Positions 27,994 to 37,808 of a stretch of 64,000 nucleotides of DNA are shown here, piece after piece (within the stretch, counting starts at the first letter, position 1; each line of letters begins with the position of its first letter). Under the pieces are notes generated by a model. It ran no database searches, was not told where the DNA came from, and saw only the letters and a program-made list of their open reading frames with translations. Source of the stretch: Patescibacteria group bacterium. GTDB taxonomy: Bacteria > Patescibacteriota > Patescibacteriia > JAHIZJ01. A program made the translations under genes and the position numbers. The DNA is taken from the NCBI GenBank assembly GCA_041661625.1, contig JBAZUB010000002.1, positions 28,059 through 92,058 of the forward strand, read 5' to 3'.

Positions 27994-28821
27994 ATGAAGG
28001 TATATTTCGATAGCAAAACGTTTGACTCTTATATTAAGGCAAACAAAAAGCTGGTACTGTCGACCAAGAAGTGTCTGCCAAGAAAACGACGATATTTAAT
28101 CGACCTTGGAATCATTTCGGCCGGCATACATGGAACAGACAATTTGATACGTAAGCAGTTTATCATTGGAAAAGTAGATAGCGAATCAAGATATGGATTA
28201 TATTCAGATCGTAGTAAAGAATATGACAAATTAGCAATAGAAAAAGAACTGTTGATAAAAAAGCTGATCCCCTCCAGGTTGATGATCAGAAGTGCTATTA
28301 TTGATCAGGCTTATGTTGAAATTATGGATATTGCGAATCGCGGCGTACAAGCTAATCCTGATGAAATAAGTACCGTTAGCTTCTTAGAAAACTGTGTAGA
28401 AATATATTTTCCATATTTGTTAAATGATCTAATTGGTTATTCCAAAATATCTAAATTAAAGATGTTTAGAGTTAAATCGGGGCGGCGATTTAATACTGTC
28501 TGCCAAAGATGTGGGGCGCCATTAAAGCGAACAAACACAAAAACAAAACTAATGCCGGTCGTCAATGATAATATTTGGTACGTATATACGCCCAGTCATT
28601 GCTATAGATCAGAAAACAGATCTTGCTCAGAAAGTAGAAATAAAAGGCAGAGTCCAAAATTAAAACCACCTTATGTTGCTGTGGGCAATTGCGTATTTTG
28701 TCATGTAATTACCACATCGGTAATAACAAAGAAAATACATGGAGCGGTATATAACTTTTGTAGCCAATCACACTACCAAAGCATGCGAAGGGCTCTAGTA
28801 AGGCGAAAACAAAGGGAGTAA
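27994..28821 (+). CDS. hypothetical protein with C-terminal FCS/TRASH-like zinc-binding motif
   Basis: 275 aa; C-terminal CQRCG...C..C and CVFCHV...YNFCSQSHY pattern. Confidence 0.4.
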   Translation: MKVYFDSKTFDSYIKANKKLVLSTKKCLPRKRRYLIDLGIISAGIHGTDNLIRKQFIIGKVDSESRYGLYSDRSKEYDKLAIEKELLIKKLIPSRLMIRSAIIDQAYVEIMDIANRGVQANPDEISTVSFLENCVEIYFPYLLNDLIGYSKISKLKMFRVKSGRRFNTVCQRCGAPLKRTNTKTKLMPVVNDNIWYVYTPSHCYRSENRSCSESRNKRQSPKLKPPYVAVGNCVFCHVITTSVITKKIHGAVYNFCSQSHYQSMRRALVRRKQRE

Positions 28822-29153
28822 TTGAGTCTGTCTCACTTTCTGTGTGGCATTATAGGCAGCTGAAAAAACAGCTGTTTTATAATTGGCTCATTCGTGAAGG
28901 GGCATACCCGTAGTGCTGCTAGAACGATATAAAACAAATCTAGCAAAGGTTACGGGCTTGTACGTGAAGGACTGCTGACGGTGATGATAGAGGGCGCGCT
29001 CTGCAGAATCTAACGGCTCAATCTAACTATCAAATATGGTTGATAAAAAAGCCAGTTAGAACAAACAGGGCTGTCAGGTCAGGACTATAAATATATATCA
29101 CCAGAAGCAGGGAGCAGAGCGGGAAGGTCTAAATCTTAATATCCGGAGTCGCA

Positions 29154-29315
29154 ATGTCGACAAAGCAACAAAAAAGAGAAACCAGACAAGCGAGAATTCA
29201 TCTTAAGTATCACAAAATTCTTAAAGTCACGGCATTTAATCGAGGTATGACAATATCGCGCTTACTTGATGAAGTAATAGAGGATTATTTTGGAATTAAA
29301 GGAGAGAAGGAATAG
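29154..29315 (+). CDS. ribbon-helix-helix (Arc/CopG-like) small DNA-binding protein (53 aa)
   Basis: Hand-translated ORF MSTKQQKRETRQARIHLKYHKILKVTAFNRGMTISRLLDEVIEDYFGIKGEKE; beta-strand/helix/G-x-T-x-S/helix pattern of RHH fold; below ORF-track cutoff. Confidence 0.4.
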   Translation: MSTKQQKRETRQARIHLKYHKILKVTAFNRGMTISRLLDEVIEDYFGIKGEKE

Positions 29316-29582
29316 TGTGACCGGCAAAGATAGTCTGATAATAGAGCAGGATATTATTTGAATGATGGTTGGGGAGTGTATTCAAATAGCCATAAAATCT
29401 TCGAAGGAATGATTTCTAGTAATGCATACAAACAAGATCAGCCCCAAGTCAGTTATCAATACGCGGGCCGGGTAACTGACGATAGCGACTATTTGAATTA
29501 TGCATTTGATATGCTATTTGAAGAAATTATGAAGCAAAACAACTTATTGACAACTAATGACAATTAGGATTATACTGTAATC

Positions 29583-29765
29583 ATGGAATTTCTTACTAGA
29601 GATGAGGTAGCCAAATACTTCAGGGTGCACCCCCGTACGGTTATGCGCTGGCTCAAACAGGGCAGTCTTAGGGGCTACAAATTAGGCACAGGTAAAACCG
29701 CCCTACTTCGCATATCCAAGTCCGAGATTGAAAGATTTATGGAAAAATCTAAGATCACAAAATGA
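29583..29765 (+). CDS. excisionase-family helix-turn-helix DNA-binding protein
   Basis: 60 aa; LTRDEVAKYFRVHPRTVMRWLKQGSL matches HTH_17/Xis family; 4-nt overlap with recombinase start. Confidence 0.7.
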   Translation: MEFLTRDEVAKYFRVHPRTVMRWLKQGSLRGYKLGTGKTALLRISKSEIERFMEKSKITK

Positions 29766-31513
29766 ACTCTACTGCTGACAAACAAGTTAAGCTGATCGCC
29801 ACGTACGCGCGTGTTTCAACGTCTCATCAGGAGGAACAACAAACGATACAAAACCAGTTAACCGCACTGCGTGAGTTTGCCAATAAGAATAATTACACGA
29901 TAGTCGAGGAATACACAGATGATGGCTGGAGCGGCGATATGCTGGCTAGGCCATCGCTTGATAAGCTTCGTCAGGATGTAAAGAACAAGATTTGGGAAGC
30001 GGTGCTTATTTATGACCCCGATCGTCTAGCTCGTCGTTACTCATATCAGGAGCTGGTAATGGATGAGTTGCGGGAAGCTGGAATTGAGGTAATGTTCATT
30101 ACCGTTACTGCTCCCAAAAACGACGAAGATAAGATATTGCACGGAGTAAGGGGTTTGTTTGCCGAATACGAGCGGGCGAAAATATCGGAGCGTTTCCGTC
30201 TCGGTAAACTTCGCAAGGTCAAAGAGGGGCATATTTTGGTGAGCGAGCCACTGTATGGCTATAACTATATTCCCAAACAAGACGACCGGCACGGCTACTA
30301 TAAGATCAACCCGGAGGAAGCGCGCGTTATCAAAATGATATTTTCGTGGGTAGCAGACGAAGGTTTGACCATTAGAGCGGTAATCAGAAGGCTACAGGAA
30401 ATGGGAATAAAGCCGCGCAAGAGCAAACGAGGAGTTTGGAGCACCAGCACATTGAGCACGCTGTTACGCCACCGTGCGTATATCGGCGAGGAACACTGGG
30501 GGAGTTCCTACGCGGTGGTTCCAGACAATCCGCTCAAGCACGAAAAATATAAGAAGATGAAGAAAACTAGTCGTCGGAAAAAGCCTAAAGAGGAATGGTT
30601 TACTATACCTGTACCCGCAATTATAAAAGCAGAAGTGTTTGAGAAAGTAGGGCGGCAGCTACAAGCAAACTATACTTTTTGCCAGCGTAACAAGAAGAAC
30701 GAATATTTACTGTCTGGTAAAATAGAGTGTGCTTGTGGGAGAAAACGGGCAGGAGAAGGCGCTTTGCAAGGTAAGCACCTATACTATCGTTGTGCTGACA
30801 GGGTTTACAGTTTTCCACTGCCTCATAAATGTAGAGAAAAAGGCATCAATGCCAGAATAGCTGACGATCTGGTATGGCAGAAAATAACAAAGCTAATGAC
30901 TTCGCCGGAGCTACTTTCTCAGCAGGTCAGTCGCTGGTTTAAGAGTAGGCAGGATAAATCTCAAGCGGCATTCGTTGACGTTGATTCGCTTAAAGGGCAG
31001 GTTGAGAAGCTCAAGGGGCAGGAGGAGCGTTATAACAAAGCCTACGGCGCGGGAGTGTTCAATCTGGAACAGCTTAAGGAGTACACGTCTCCCATTAGGG
31101 AAAAGATCGGTCAGATCGGTAAACAGATAATTGGCGCTAACCGTGAAGCCAACAGAATACAGCTAGAAGTGCCCGATCAGACCGAGATGGTATCATTCAC
31201 CCAGAAAGCAAGAACGACGTTACAGGACTTGAATTTTGAGGCAAAAAGGGCGATAATATTGAACACGGTCGAAAGAGTTGTAGGTACAAAGCAGAATTTA
31301 CAAGTATTCGGATATATTCCAATCACTCAAAATGTCTCATTCAACACTATCGGTCGGTATAGTCGGGCTGCCAAATGTCGGGAAATCCACCCTCTTCCAG
31401 GCGCTGACCAAAAAACAAGTCGATACTTCAAACTACCCTTTTGCCACTATCGATCCGAACGTAGGCGTGGTAGCCGTGCCCGACGCACGGTTAGACGCAT
31501 TGGCCAAGTTTAG
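29762..31513 (+). CDS. large serine recombinase (resolvase catalytic domain + recombinase domain + zinc ribbon + coiled coil)
   Basis: N-term LIATYARVSTSHQ..., AVLIYDPDRLARR; Cys pairs C..C and C..C; ORF continues 180 nt into ychF in another frame so true 3' end uncertain. Confidence 0.8.
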   Translation: MNSTADKQVKLIATYARVSTSHQEEQQTIQNQLTALREFANKNNYTIVEEYTDDGWSGDMLARPSLDKLRQDVKNKIWEAVLIYDPDRLARRYSYQELVMDELREAGIEVMFITVTAPKNDEDKILHGVRGLFAEYERAKISERFRLGKLRKVKEGHILVSEPLYGYNYIPKQDDRHGYYKINPEEARVIKMIFSWVADEGLTIRAVIRRLQEMGIKPRKSKRGVWSTSTLSTLLRHRAYIGEEHWGSSYAVVPDNPLKHEKYKKMKKTSRRKKPKEEWFTIPVPAIIKAEVFEKVGRQLQANYTFCQRNKKNEYLLSGKIECACGRKRAGEGALQGKHLYYRCADRVYSFPLPHKCREKGINARIADDLVWQKITKLMTSPELLSQQVSRWFKSRQDKSQAAFVDVDSLKGQVEKLKGQEERYNKAYGAGVFNLEQLKEYTSPIREKIGQIGKQIIGANREANRIQLEVPDQTEMVSFTQKARTTLQDLNFEAKRAIILNTVERVVGTKQNLQVFGYIPITQNVSFNTIGRYSRAAKCREIHPLPGADQKTSRYFKLPFCHYRSERRRGSRARRTVRRIGQV

Positions 31514-32390
31514 TGATTCCAAGAAAACGGTACCGACAACGATCGAATTTACCGATATTGCCGGCCTGGTGAAGGGAGCCTCTCAAGGTGAGGGTCTGGG
31601 TAATAAATTTCTCAATAACATCCGCCAGGTAGACGCCATCTGTCACGTGGTGCGTTCGTTTAGCGACCCTAATGTGGTGCACGTGGCTGGAAAAGTCGAT
31701 CCCGAATCGGATCAGCAGACGATTTTGTACGAATTAGCCATGGCCGATCTCGAGCAGGTTGCCCGAGCGATAGACCAAGCCAACGGCAAGGCCCGTTCGG
31801 GCGACAAAGACGCGATCAAACTTTTGGCTGTACTAGAAAAGATTAAGGCTGTGCTGGATCAAGGTCAACCCGCTGGAACGATTGATCTGGATGAAAGCGC
31901 GATTGAATTATTGAAACCGTTCAATCTGCTGACTATGAAGCCGATTCTGACAGTTCTTAATGTTGATGAAAACGACTATCAGCAAGTTGGCCACACATTA
32001 AAAATATCCGTGAAATTAGAGGCCGAGCTGGCCGGCTTCAGCCTCGAGGAAGCTAAAGAATATCTGGCTGGATTAGGTTGGGCGGAAAGTGGTCTCGATC
32101 GGTTGATTAGGGCCAGCTATGATCTGCTCGGTCTGATCACTTTTTTTACCACCGGCGAAAAAGAGTCGCGTGCATGGACTATTACAAAAGGTAACAAAGC
32201 GCCCCAAGCCGCCGGAGTGATTCACACTGATTTCGAAAAGGGCTTTATTCGCGCCGAAGTGATCAATTGGAAGGACTTGATCGATGCCGGCTCGGAAGCC
32301 AACGCCAAGGCTGAAGGCCTAATGCGCATGGAAGGTAAAGAATACGTGTTTCAGGATGGGGATACAACAGAGTTTCATTTTTCTGCTTGA
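31332..32390 (+). CDS. ychF: ribosome-binding ATPase YchF (Obg-family GTPase)
   Basis: 352 aa; VGIVGLPNVGKSTLFQALT, NYPFATIDPNVG, TGS C-terminal domain. Confidence 0.9.
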   Translation: MSHSTLSVGIVGLPNVGKSTLFQALTKKQVDTSNYPFATIDPNVGVVAVPDARLDALAKFSDSKKTVPTTIEFTDIAGLVKGASQGEGLGNKFLNNIRQVDAICHVVRSFSDPNVVHVAGKVDPESDQQTILYELAMADLEQVARAIDQANGKARSGDKDAIKLLAVLEKIKAVLDQGQPAGTIDLDESAIELLKPFNLLTMKPILTVLNVDENDYQQVGHTLKISVKLEAELAGFSLEEAKEYLAGLGWAESGLDRLIRASYDLLGLITFFTTGEKESRAWTITKGNKAPQAAGVIHTDFEKGFIRAEVINWKDLIDAGSEANAKAEGLMRMEGKEYVFQDGDTTEFHFSA

Positions 32391-32396
32391 AATCAT

Positions 32397-33032
32397 ATGG
32401 GTATCAATCGCACAATAGCAGCGTATGACAAATACGCTGAAATCTACGATCAGGAGACAATTGAATTTTGGGAAAAGTTCCCACGATCTGTAATTGCGGA
32501 ATTCGTTAAATTATTACCAGGCAAGAGAGTGTTAAATCTCGGTAGCGGGCCCGGGCGGGACGCTTTACTTTTGCGTGAGGCCGGTTTGGATGTTCTATGC
32601 GTTGACGCATCCACCGAAATGGTGAGGAGAACCCAAGATCTGGGCTTCGAGTCGATATCGTCTGATATTACCGCACTAGATTATCCAGATGATGAATTCG
32701 ATGGCATTTGGGCATACACCTCGCTGCTTCATGTGCCGACCGATAAAATGATAACTCTATTGCATCGGACGCGAAGCTGGTTGCGAATACACGGCGTGTT
32801 ATTAATAGGTATGATAGAAGGAGAATTTCAAGGAGAAATAACCCGGGACAATATGCCAAACATGAAACGATATTTTAAATATTATCAAGAATCGGAATTA
32901 ATCGAACTGATATCTCAAGCCGGATATGAACTACGTTATCAGGAGCGATATCAGCCGCACCGAAAAGTCTACCTAAATCAGATTTATATGAAGTCGGCTA
33001 AAGCACCCCACATATCGTTCCATAGCATATAA
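32397..33032 (+). CDS. class I SAM-dependent methyltransferase
   Basis: 211 aa; motif I VLNLGSGPGRDAL, motif post-I LCVDAS. Confidence 0.7.
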   Translation: MGINRTIAAYDKYAEIYDQETIEFWEKFPRSVIAEFVKLLPGKRVLNLGSGPGRDALLLREAGLDVLCVDASTEMVRRTQDLGFESISSDITALDYPDDEFDGIWAYTSLLHVPTDKMITLLHRTRSWLRIHGVLLIGMIEGEFQGEITRDNMPNMKRYFKYYQESELIELISQAGYELRYQERYQPHRKVYLNQIYMKSAKAPHISFHSI

Positions 33033-33049
33033 CCTGGTTGAATTTGCCC

Positions 33050-33392
33050 ACTTCACTCAGATTGATGTACACTAATAATGGACAGTATCGGAATGTCCAC
33101 CTTCAAAATCAGGCGGCTCTCATGAGGAGGGGCGCTGTTTTGTTTGCACAGTAGCACGGGGGTACTGATGGCATTCAAACCGACCACGGTTCGAAAGTCC
33201 CAGCGGGCATTGGGACTACGGCAACGGCAATTCCGCACCAGGAAGGATCCTGGTCGGGAAGCGAGAAAACCGGGATACCGCCTACAGTTTGTGCAACACA
33301 ATATCAGGCGGATGCGCCTGTCCGGCCCGCATCCAGCCTTGCAACGTCTCTAGCGGGATTCTCAACAGTCGGTGCTCCGATCGCCGACTTTT
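33050..33392. ncRNA. unassigned GC-rich structured region between convergent genes; candidate ncRNA (weak RNase P-like motifs GAAAGUCC, GUGCAACA on + strand)
   Basis: ~340 nt with many local hairpins (e.g. GUCCCA..UGGGAC, CCAGG..CCUGG, CAGGCG..CGCCUG), no credible ORF; identity not established. Confidence 0.25.
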
Positions 33393-34688
33393 CTATTTGT
33401 GCAGAGTCATCACATAAATCTCGCGACCGACTCGTTGGCCGGGGCGGTGATAGAGCAATGGATTCTTACCCGCCCAAGCCGGGAATGGCAGTAACTCAAA
33501 ACCCAGTCGCCGCATCGGTTCGTTCAACGGCAACCGTGTTACGGTTTGATTTTGAAACCAACATGGCACCACAAGGGCGATTCGTCCGCCCGCCCGGAGT
33601 ACTTTTTGAAACTGTTCCAGCGTTCGGGTAAAAAGACCGGTAAGTTCCACGCGGACTTTTTCCAATGCGGCCCGATTATGCGATAGTCGGGTAGGACCCA
33701 AATAGGGTTCGGTGACAATCACATCAATCGTGTTTGGTGCCACATATTCGGACAGCTGGGTGGCGTCGTGCATTTCTATTCGAATGCCGACCGAATCTTT
33801 GGGTGATTGTTCTTGCAGCCAATGGATATTTTTGGTCGTGGCCTGGATGGCTTTAGAACTGGTATCAAAGCCGATCAGATTTTTTATGCCCAGCAAATAA
33901 GCTTCTTGCAAAACCGTACCGGACCCGCAAAATGGATCGAGTAAGGTAGCTATGCTGGGCGCCCGTGTCAGGTTAATCATTATTTGGGCCAGTTTGGGGG
34001 GCAGCATACCCTGAAGCATGTCGCGTCCCGGCCGTCCATAATCCCGTCGGCCGTATGCCTCAAAATCTTGGACCGCTTCAGTCCGGCCAACCAAAACATT
34101 TTGTCCGCGGATAATTAACACGATCTCGCCGCCATTCTCGACCAAATTATTCTTAGTGACGCTTACGGACGATAGGGTTGGTTCGTTGTGATTCGCAAAC
34201 CGGCCGGCGTAACCTGCCATGCGCAGCTCCTTCTTCACTTCCATGCCTAATCGAACCACGGCTTGGCTATTGAATCCTTTTGTCTCGCCATAGACGCTAA
34301 TACCAAACGTCACCTTATCGGACAAAACCAGCAAACCAGTGTCGAATATCCCTTTGGCCAGTGTCGCGGTTAATTGCTTGATGGTGGTTTTCAAAATAAT
34401 CCGGCCCACTTTTATCGTACCGCCCAGCCGGTTCATGAGGTGATCCAGCTGGATCGCTCCAGAACCAGAAATAACCAGCGCCTGGCCGCATAGAGTCGGC
34501 GGTGTGTTTGGATCGATTTGGTCGTTCAAACAAACCGCGATTTCGGCGGCAGAAAGAGCGATTTCTCGGCCCAAAATAAAGAAATAATGGTACTGAGACG
34601 GCGGGTTTGGTTGAGCGGGTTGAGGGCTTGCCATGATTGTCTTATTATGATACAGTGGTTTGGCAATACAAAGGGTCATTTCTGACAC
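33393..34688 (-). CDS. RNA methyltransferase, THUMP-like N-terminal domain + class I SAM MTase (Trm14/RlmL-like)
   Basis: 431 aa; DPFCGSGTVLQEA motif I, VVTEPY motif IV-like; alternative start at MASPQP (34634) plausible. Confidence 0.6.
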   Translation of the reverse strand: MSEMTLCIAKPLYHNKTIMASPQPAQPNPPSQYHYFFILGREIALSAAEIAVCLNDQIDPNTPPTLCGQALVISGSGAIQLDHLMNRLGGTIKVGRIILKTTIKQLTATLAKGIFDTGLLVLSDKVTFGISVYGETKGFNSQAVVRLGMEVKKELRMAGYAGRFANHNEPTLSSVSVTKNNLVENGGEIVLIIRGQNVLVGRTEAVQDFEAYGRRDYGRPGRDMLQGMLPPKLAQIMINLTRAPSIATLLDPFCGSGTVLQEAYLLGIKNLIGFDTSSKAIQATTKNIHWLQEQSPKDSVGIRIEMHDATQLSEYVAPNTIDVIVTEPYLGPTRLSHNRAALEKVRVELTGLFTRTLEQFQKVLRAGGRIALVVPCWFQNQTVTRLPLNEPMRRLGFELLPFPAWAGKNPLLYHRPGQRVGREIYVMTLHK

Positions 34689-34729
34689 GTTTTATTGTAA
34701 CATTATTTAAACTATCTGTATCCAATCTC

Positions 34730-35287
34730 ATGGCATCGCGTTACGAACTGTTCTATCTTGTTTCCGCTCAAGTAGCCGAAAATGATTTACCCCAGATCAC
34801 CGGACGGGTGACCGAATTGATTACCAAGCTTGGTGGTCAAATCGTGAAGGACGAGCTTTGGGGAAAACGAAAATTGACTTATCAAATTGGCCGCGATAAT
34901 AACGCATATTTCTGGCTGACTCAATATGACACGGTTGAGCCCATCAATGCCGCCTTAACAGAACAGCTAAATTTGCAGCCTGAAATAATTCGCGTGCTCG
35001 TGACTGATGCATTGCCCGATTCCGAAACTGTCCCGATGGAACAGGCTCGTCAGGAAGCAGCGGCTCGCCAAGAAGAGCGCACGGCCAAGATTGACGCCGA
35101 CAAGGCGGCTGCCGTCGAGACCGCTCAGCCAGTCGAACCCGAGTTTATAACCGAATCCGAAGCTCTAACACCAGCCGTTAACACAACCAAATCGGCCGAG
35201 CCGTCCCGTGAAGAAAAGCGGGTTGACCTGGACGAGCTGGATCGTAAGTTGGATGAATTATTGGACGACAATATCAAGGATAAATAG
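34730..35287 (+). CDS. rpsF: 30S ribosomal protein S6 with acidic C-terminal extension
   Basis: Start moved to MASRYELFYLV; core matches S6 (LITKLGGQIVKDELWGKRKLTY); longer ORF start overlaps divergent gene. Confidence 0.8.
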   Translation: MASRYELFYLVSAQVAENDLPQITGRVTELITKLGGQIVKDELWGKRKLTYQIGRDNNAYFWLTQYDTVEPINAALTEQLNLQPEIIRVLVTDALPDSETVPMEQARQEAAARQEERTAKIDADKAAAVETAQPVEPEFITESEALTPAVNTTKSAEPSREEKRVDLDELDRKLDELLDDNIKDK

Positions 35288-35296
35288 GCCAATCAC

Positions 35297-35734
35297 ATGA
35301 TGAACCTAAACAAAGTACTGTTGATTGGAAACCTAACCCGCGATCCGGAAACTCGCACCACGCCAGGTGGGCAGAGTGTCAGTTCGTTCGGGTTGGCGAC
35401 TAACCGCAGCTGGCGCGACCAGCAGACTGGCGAACGAAAGACGGCCGTTGAATACCACAATATCGTAGCTTGGGGAAAGCTGGCCGACATTTGCACGCAG
35501 TATCTTCACAAAGGTAGCCGTATTTATACCGAAGGCCGTTTGCAAACCCGCAGTTGGGACGACCAGGCCGGCAATAAAAAATATCGTACCGAAATAGTTT
35601 TAGAAAATATGATAATGCTCGACCGCAAGGAAGACGGTAATCGTGGCTCCGACCATCCGGCCGTACCAGCCGCTGAAGAACCGACAACCCCGGCCAGCGA
35701 AGAGGAGATTAGCGTTGAAGACATTCCATTCTAG
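35297..35734 (+). CDS. ssb: single-stranded DNA-binding protein
   Basis: 145 aa; OB-fold [16 protein letters not shown]...[11 protein letters not shown]; acidic tail ending DIPF. Confidence 0.9.
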   Translation: MMNLNKVLLIGNLTRDPETRTTPGGQSVSSFGLATNRSWRDQQTGERKTAVEYHNIVAWGKLADICTQYLHKGSRIYTEGRLQTRSWDDQAGNKKYRTEIVLENMIMLDRKEDGNRGSDHPAVPAAEEPTTPASEEEISVEDIPF

Positions 35735-35756
35735 TTCAAGACACTCACAATCTGAG

Positions 35757-35969
35757 TTGGTTCAGAAAGAAAAATCCTGTGCTTTTTGCGCGCTCGATCG
35801 AAAAGAGATCGACTATAAGGACGTGACCACGTTGCAGCGATACATTTCTTCCTACGCGAAGATATTGCCCACCAAGCGCACCGGTACTTGTGCACGACAT
35901 CAGCGCAAATTGGCTACCGCTATCAAGCGGGCCCGCCAGGTATCGCTCTTACCTACCGTTGGCCGATAG
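35757..35969 (+). CDS. rpsR: 30S ribosomal protein S18
   Basis: TTG start inferred (no in-frame ATG after ssb stop); [16 protein letters not shown]...[24 protein letters not shown]. Confidence 0.7.
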   Translation: MVQKEKSCAFCALDRKEIDYKDVTTLQRYISSYAKILPTKRTGTCARHQRKLATAIKRARQVSLLPTVGR

Positions 35970-35975
35970 ACTACC

Positions 35976-36536
35976 ATGCTTTTCATGAACGACATCAAAA
36001 TCGGGACGCTGTTCAAATACGATAACGCGCCTTATGTTGTGCTGAAAGCCGACCACGTCCAAATGGGCCGGGGCAGCGCAGTGCTGCGCACCAAGATTAA
36101 GAATGTTATTACTGGCCAAGTATTGGACCTAAGTTTGAAGAATGGTGATAAATTTGATGAGGCCCAGCTCGATCGGGCGAAGGCGACCTATCTTTATGCC
36201 GATGAGGCTGGCTTGAATCTGATGGATACGCAGTCATATGAACAGTTTACCTTGCCAGTCGAGGCAGCGGGTGACGCCAAACAATTTCTATGTGAGAATA
36301 TGGACGTTGAGGTAATGAGCTTCGATGGTAAGCCGGTTACGGTTCAATTGCCTAAGGTGGTCGAGCTGGAAGTGGTAGAGACAGCACCGGGCGTACGCGG
36401 TGACACGGCCCAGGGGAGTGTATCCAAGCCCGCGGTGTTGGTTTCGGGTGCCACGGTTAACGTACCGTTGTTCGTAAAACAAGGTGATAAGATTCGGGTA
36501 AATACCGAGCGCGGGGAATACCTGGATAGAGCTTAG
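35976..36536 (+). CDS. efp: elongation factor P
   Basis: 186 aa; KIGTLFKYDNAPYVVLKADHVQMGRGSAVLRTKIKNV (KOW/beta-lysylation loop region). Confidence 0.85.
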   Translation: MLFMNDIKIGTLFKYDNAPYVVLKADHVQMGRGSAVLRTKIKNVITGQVLDLSLKNGDKFDEAQLDRAKATYLYADEAGLNLMDTQSYEQFTLPVEAAGDAKQFLCENMDVEVMSFDGKPVTVQLPKVVELEVVETAPGVRGDTAQGSVSKPAVLVSGATVNVPLFVKQGDKIRVNTERGEYLDRA

Positions 36537-36615
36537 GGCAAGTAACATGTAATAAACAAAGAAGCTCCTAATACGGGAGTTTTTGAAATTTGAGTAATAA
36601 GATACACAACAAGCA

Positions 36616-36662
36616 CGTAGGCGGGCAAACCCCCTACCGATTCTGGTACGGGGCCGCCTACG
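36616..36662. terminator. extended nested hairpin between convergent efp and recA (cgtaggcgg...ccgcctacg enclosing cccctacc..ggtacgggg)
   Basis: 9-bp outer and 8/9-bp inner inverted repeats read directly. Confidence 0.45.
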
Positions 36663-36687
36663 GATGTTGTATTGCGTACGGCTAACT

Positions 36688-37719
36688 TTATTTTACGTCC
36701 ACTGTTGTGGGAAGCACTTCCTTGGCTTTTAGAATAACCGCGTTTTGGATCTCATCCATCAGCTTTGGGTCATTCTTGATTGTCTGTCGGGCAGTTTCGT
36801 GGCCAACACCCAGCTTGGTTTCACCAAAGGCGTAGGAATTACCATTCTTGGCAATGACATTCAGTCTGATGCCGGTGTCGAGAATATCACCCGATCGTGA
36901 AATGCCCTCATTGTACATGATATCAAATTCGGTGGTACGGAATGGCGGAGCCACCTTGTTTTTTACCACCTTGGCTTTGACGCGGTTTCCGACCACCTCT
37001 TCATTTTGCTTAAGCTGGGCGGCGCGTCGAACCTCAACGCGGATTGAAGAGTAAAACTTCAATGCGTTGCCACCGGGTGTGGTTTCTGGGTTGCCAAACA
37101 TGACGCCGATTTTCATCCGGATCTGATTGATGAAAATCACGATGGTATTTGACTTGCTCATGATGCCAGCCAGCTTGCGCAATGCCTGGCTCATCAGACG
37201 CGCCTGAAGACCCATGTGAGAAGCACCCATCTCCCCTTCAATTTCCGCCTTTGGAGTCAACGCAGCGACTGAATCAATCACGATGATATCGAGCGAATTG
37301 GAGCGTACCAATGTCTCGACAATTTCCAACGCCTGTTCGCCGTTGTCCGGTTGTGAAATTAACAGTTGGTCGATGTTTACACCCAAGCGCTTGGCGTAAT
37401 CGGGATCTAAGGCATGTTCAGCGTCGACGAATGCCGCAACGCCCCCCAATCGCTGAGCTTCGGCGATAGCGTGCAAAGTCAGGGTGGTTTTTCCGGACGA
37501 TTCCGGTCCATAAACCTCAATGACCCGGCCGCGCGGGAATCCGCCCACACCTAAAGCTAAATCGAGCGATAGACACCCGGATGAAATTGCCTCAACGTTC
37601 ATCTTTTTTGCCTCGCCCAGGCGCATAATCGCGCCATCGCCGAACCGTTCCTTGATCTGGTCAACGGCTGATTGGGCTGATTTGATTTTGTTGTAGGTTT
37701 CTGTAGGCTTCTTTGGCAT
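36688..37719 (-). CDS. recA: recombinase RecA
   Basis: 343 aa; [10 protein letters not shown] Walker [10 protein letters not shown], canonical RecA throughout. Confidence 0.95.
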   Translation of the reverse strand: MPKKPTETYNKIKSAQSAVDQIKERFGDGAIMRLGEAKKMNVEAISSGCLSLDLALGVGGFPRGRVIEVYGPESSGKTTLTLHAIAEAQRLGGVAAFVDAEHALDPDYAKRLGVNIDQLLISQPDNGEQALEIVETLVRSNSLDIIVIDSVAALTPKAEIEGEMGASHMGLQARLMSQALRKLAGIMSKSNTIVIFINQIRMKIGVMFGNPETTPGGNALKFYSSIRVEVRRAAQLKQNEEVVGNRVKAKVVKNKVAPPFRTTEFDIMYNEGISRSGDILDTGIRLNVIAKNGNSYAFGETKLGVGHETARQTIKNDPKLMDEIQNAVILKAKEVLPTTVDVK

Positions 37720-37808
37720 AGTTGTTTTTCCTTGGCTATTATATCTCCTGCCGAGCTAATTAATTTTAAGGTTATTTGGCAATTCTGTCCAGGCCATTAA
37801 TTGGTATA

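Larger units (their letters stand above)
21440..31331. mobile_element. putative integrated element carrying defence cargo (Panacea/SIR2 module, HEPN-like and membrane proteins, terminase-like HTH, RHH, Xis, serine recombinase)
   Basis: AT-rich composition, recombinase+excisionase at right end next to ychF; exact boundaries/att sites not identified. Confidence 0.4.

Noticed and set aside
29358-29567. 69-aa ORF between the RHH and Xis genes
   Set aside because: It has no recognisable motif or RBS. It may be real but is unsupported and is not listed as a feature.
33053-33353. ORFs 33053-33301(-) and 33144-33353(+) in the GC-rich intergenic region
   Set aside because: They overlap on opposite strands, are Arg-rich and lack start context. 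The region is better explained as structured RNA or non-coding.
33050-33392. Assignment of the structured region as RNase P RNA or tmRNA
   Set aside because: Only two short motif matches were found. I could not build the P4 helix, CR-II/IV motifs, or a tmRNA T-arm and CCA end by eye, so it is left unassigned.
34637-34729. Longer start for rpsF (MSYYDTVVW…)
   Set aside because: The extension overlaps the divergent methyltransferase gene start and is not S6-like. MASRYELFY is the conserved S6 N-terminus.
35643-35756. Longer ATG start for rpsR overlapping ssb
   Set aside because: The extension is translated out of frame from within ssb and is not S18-like. The in-frame TTG at 35757 precedes the conserved S18 core.
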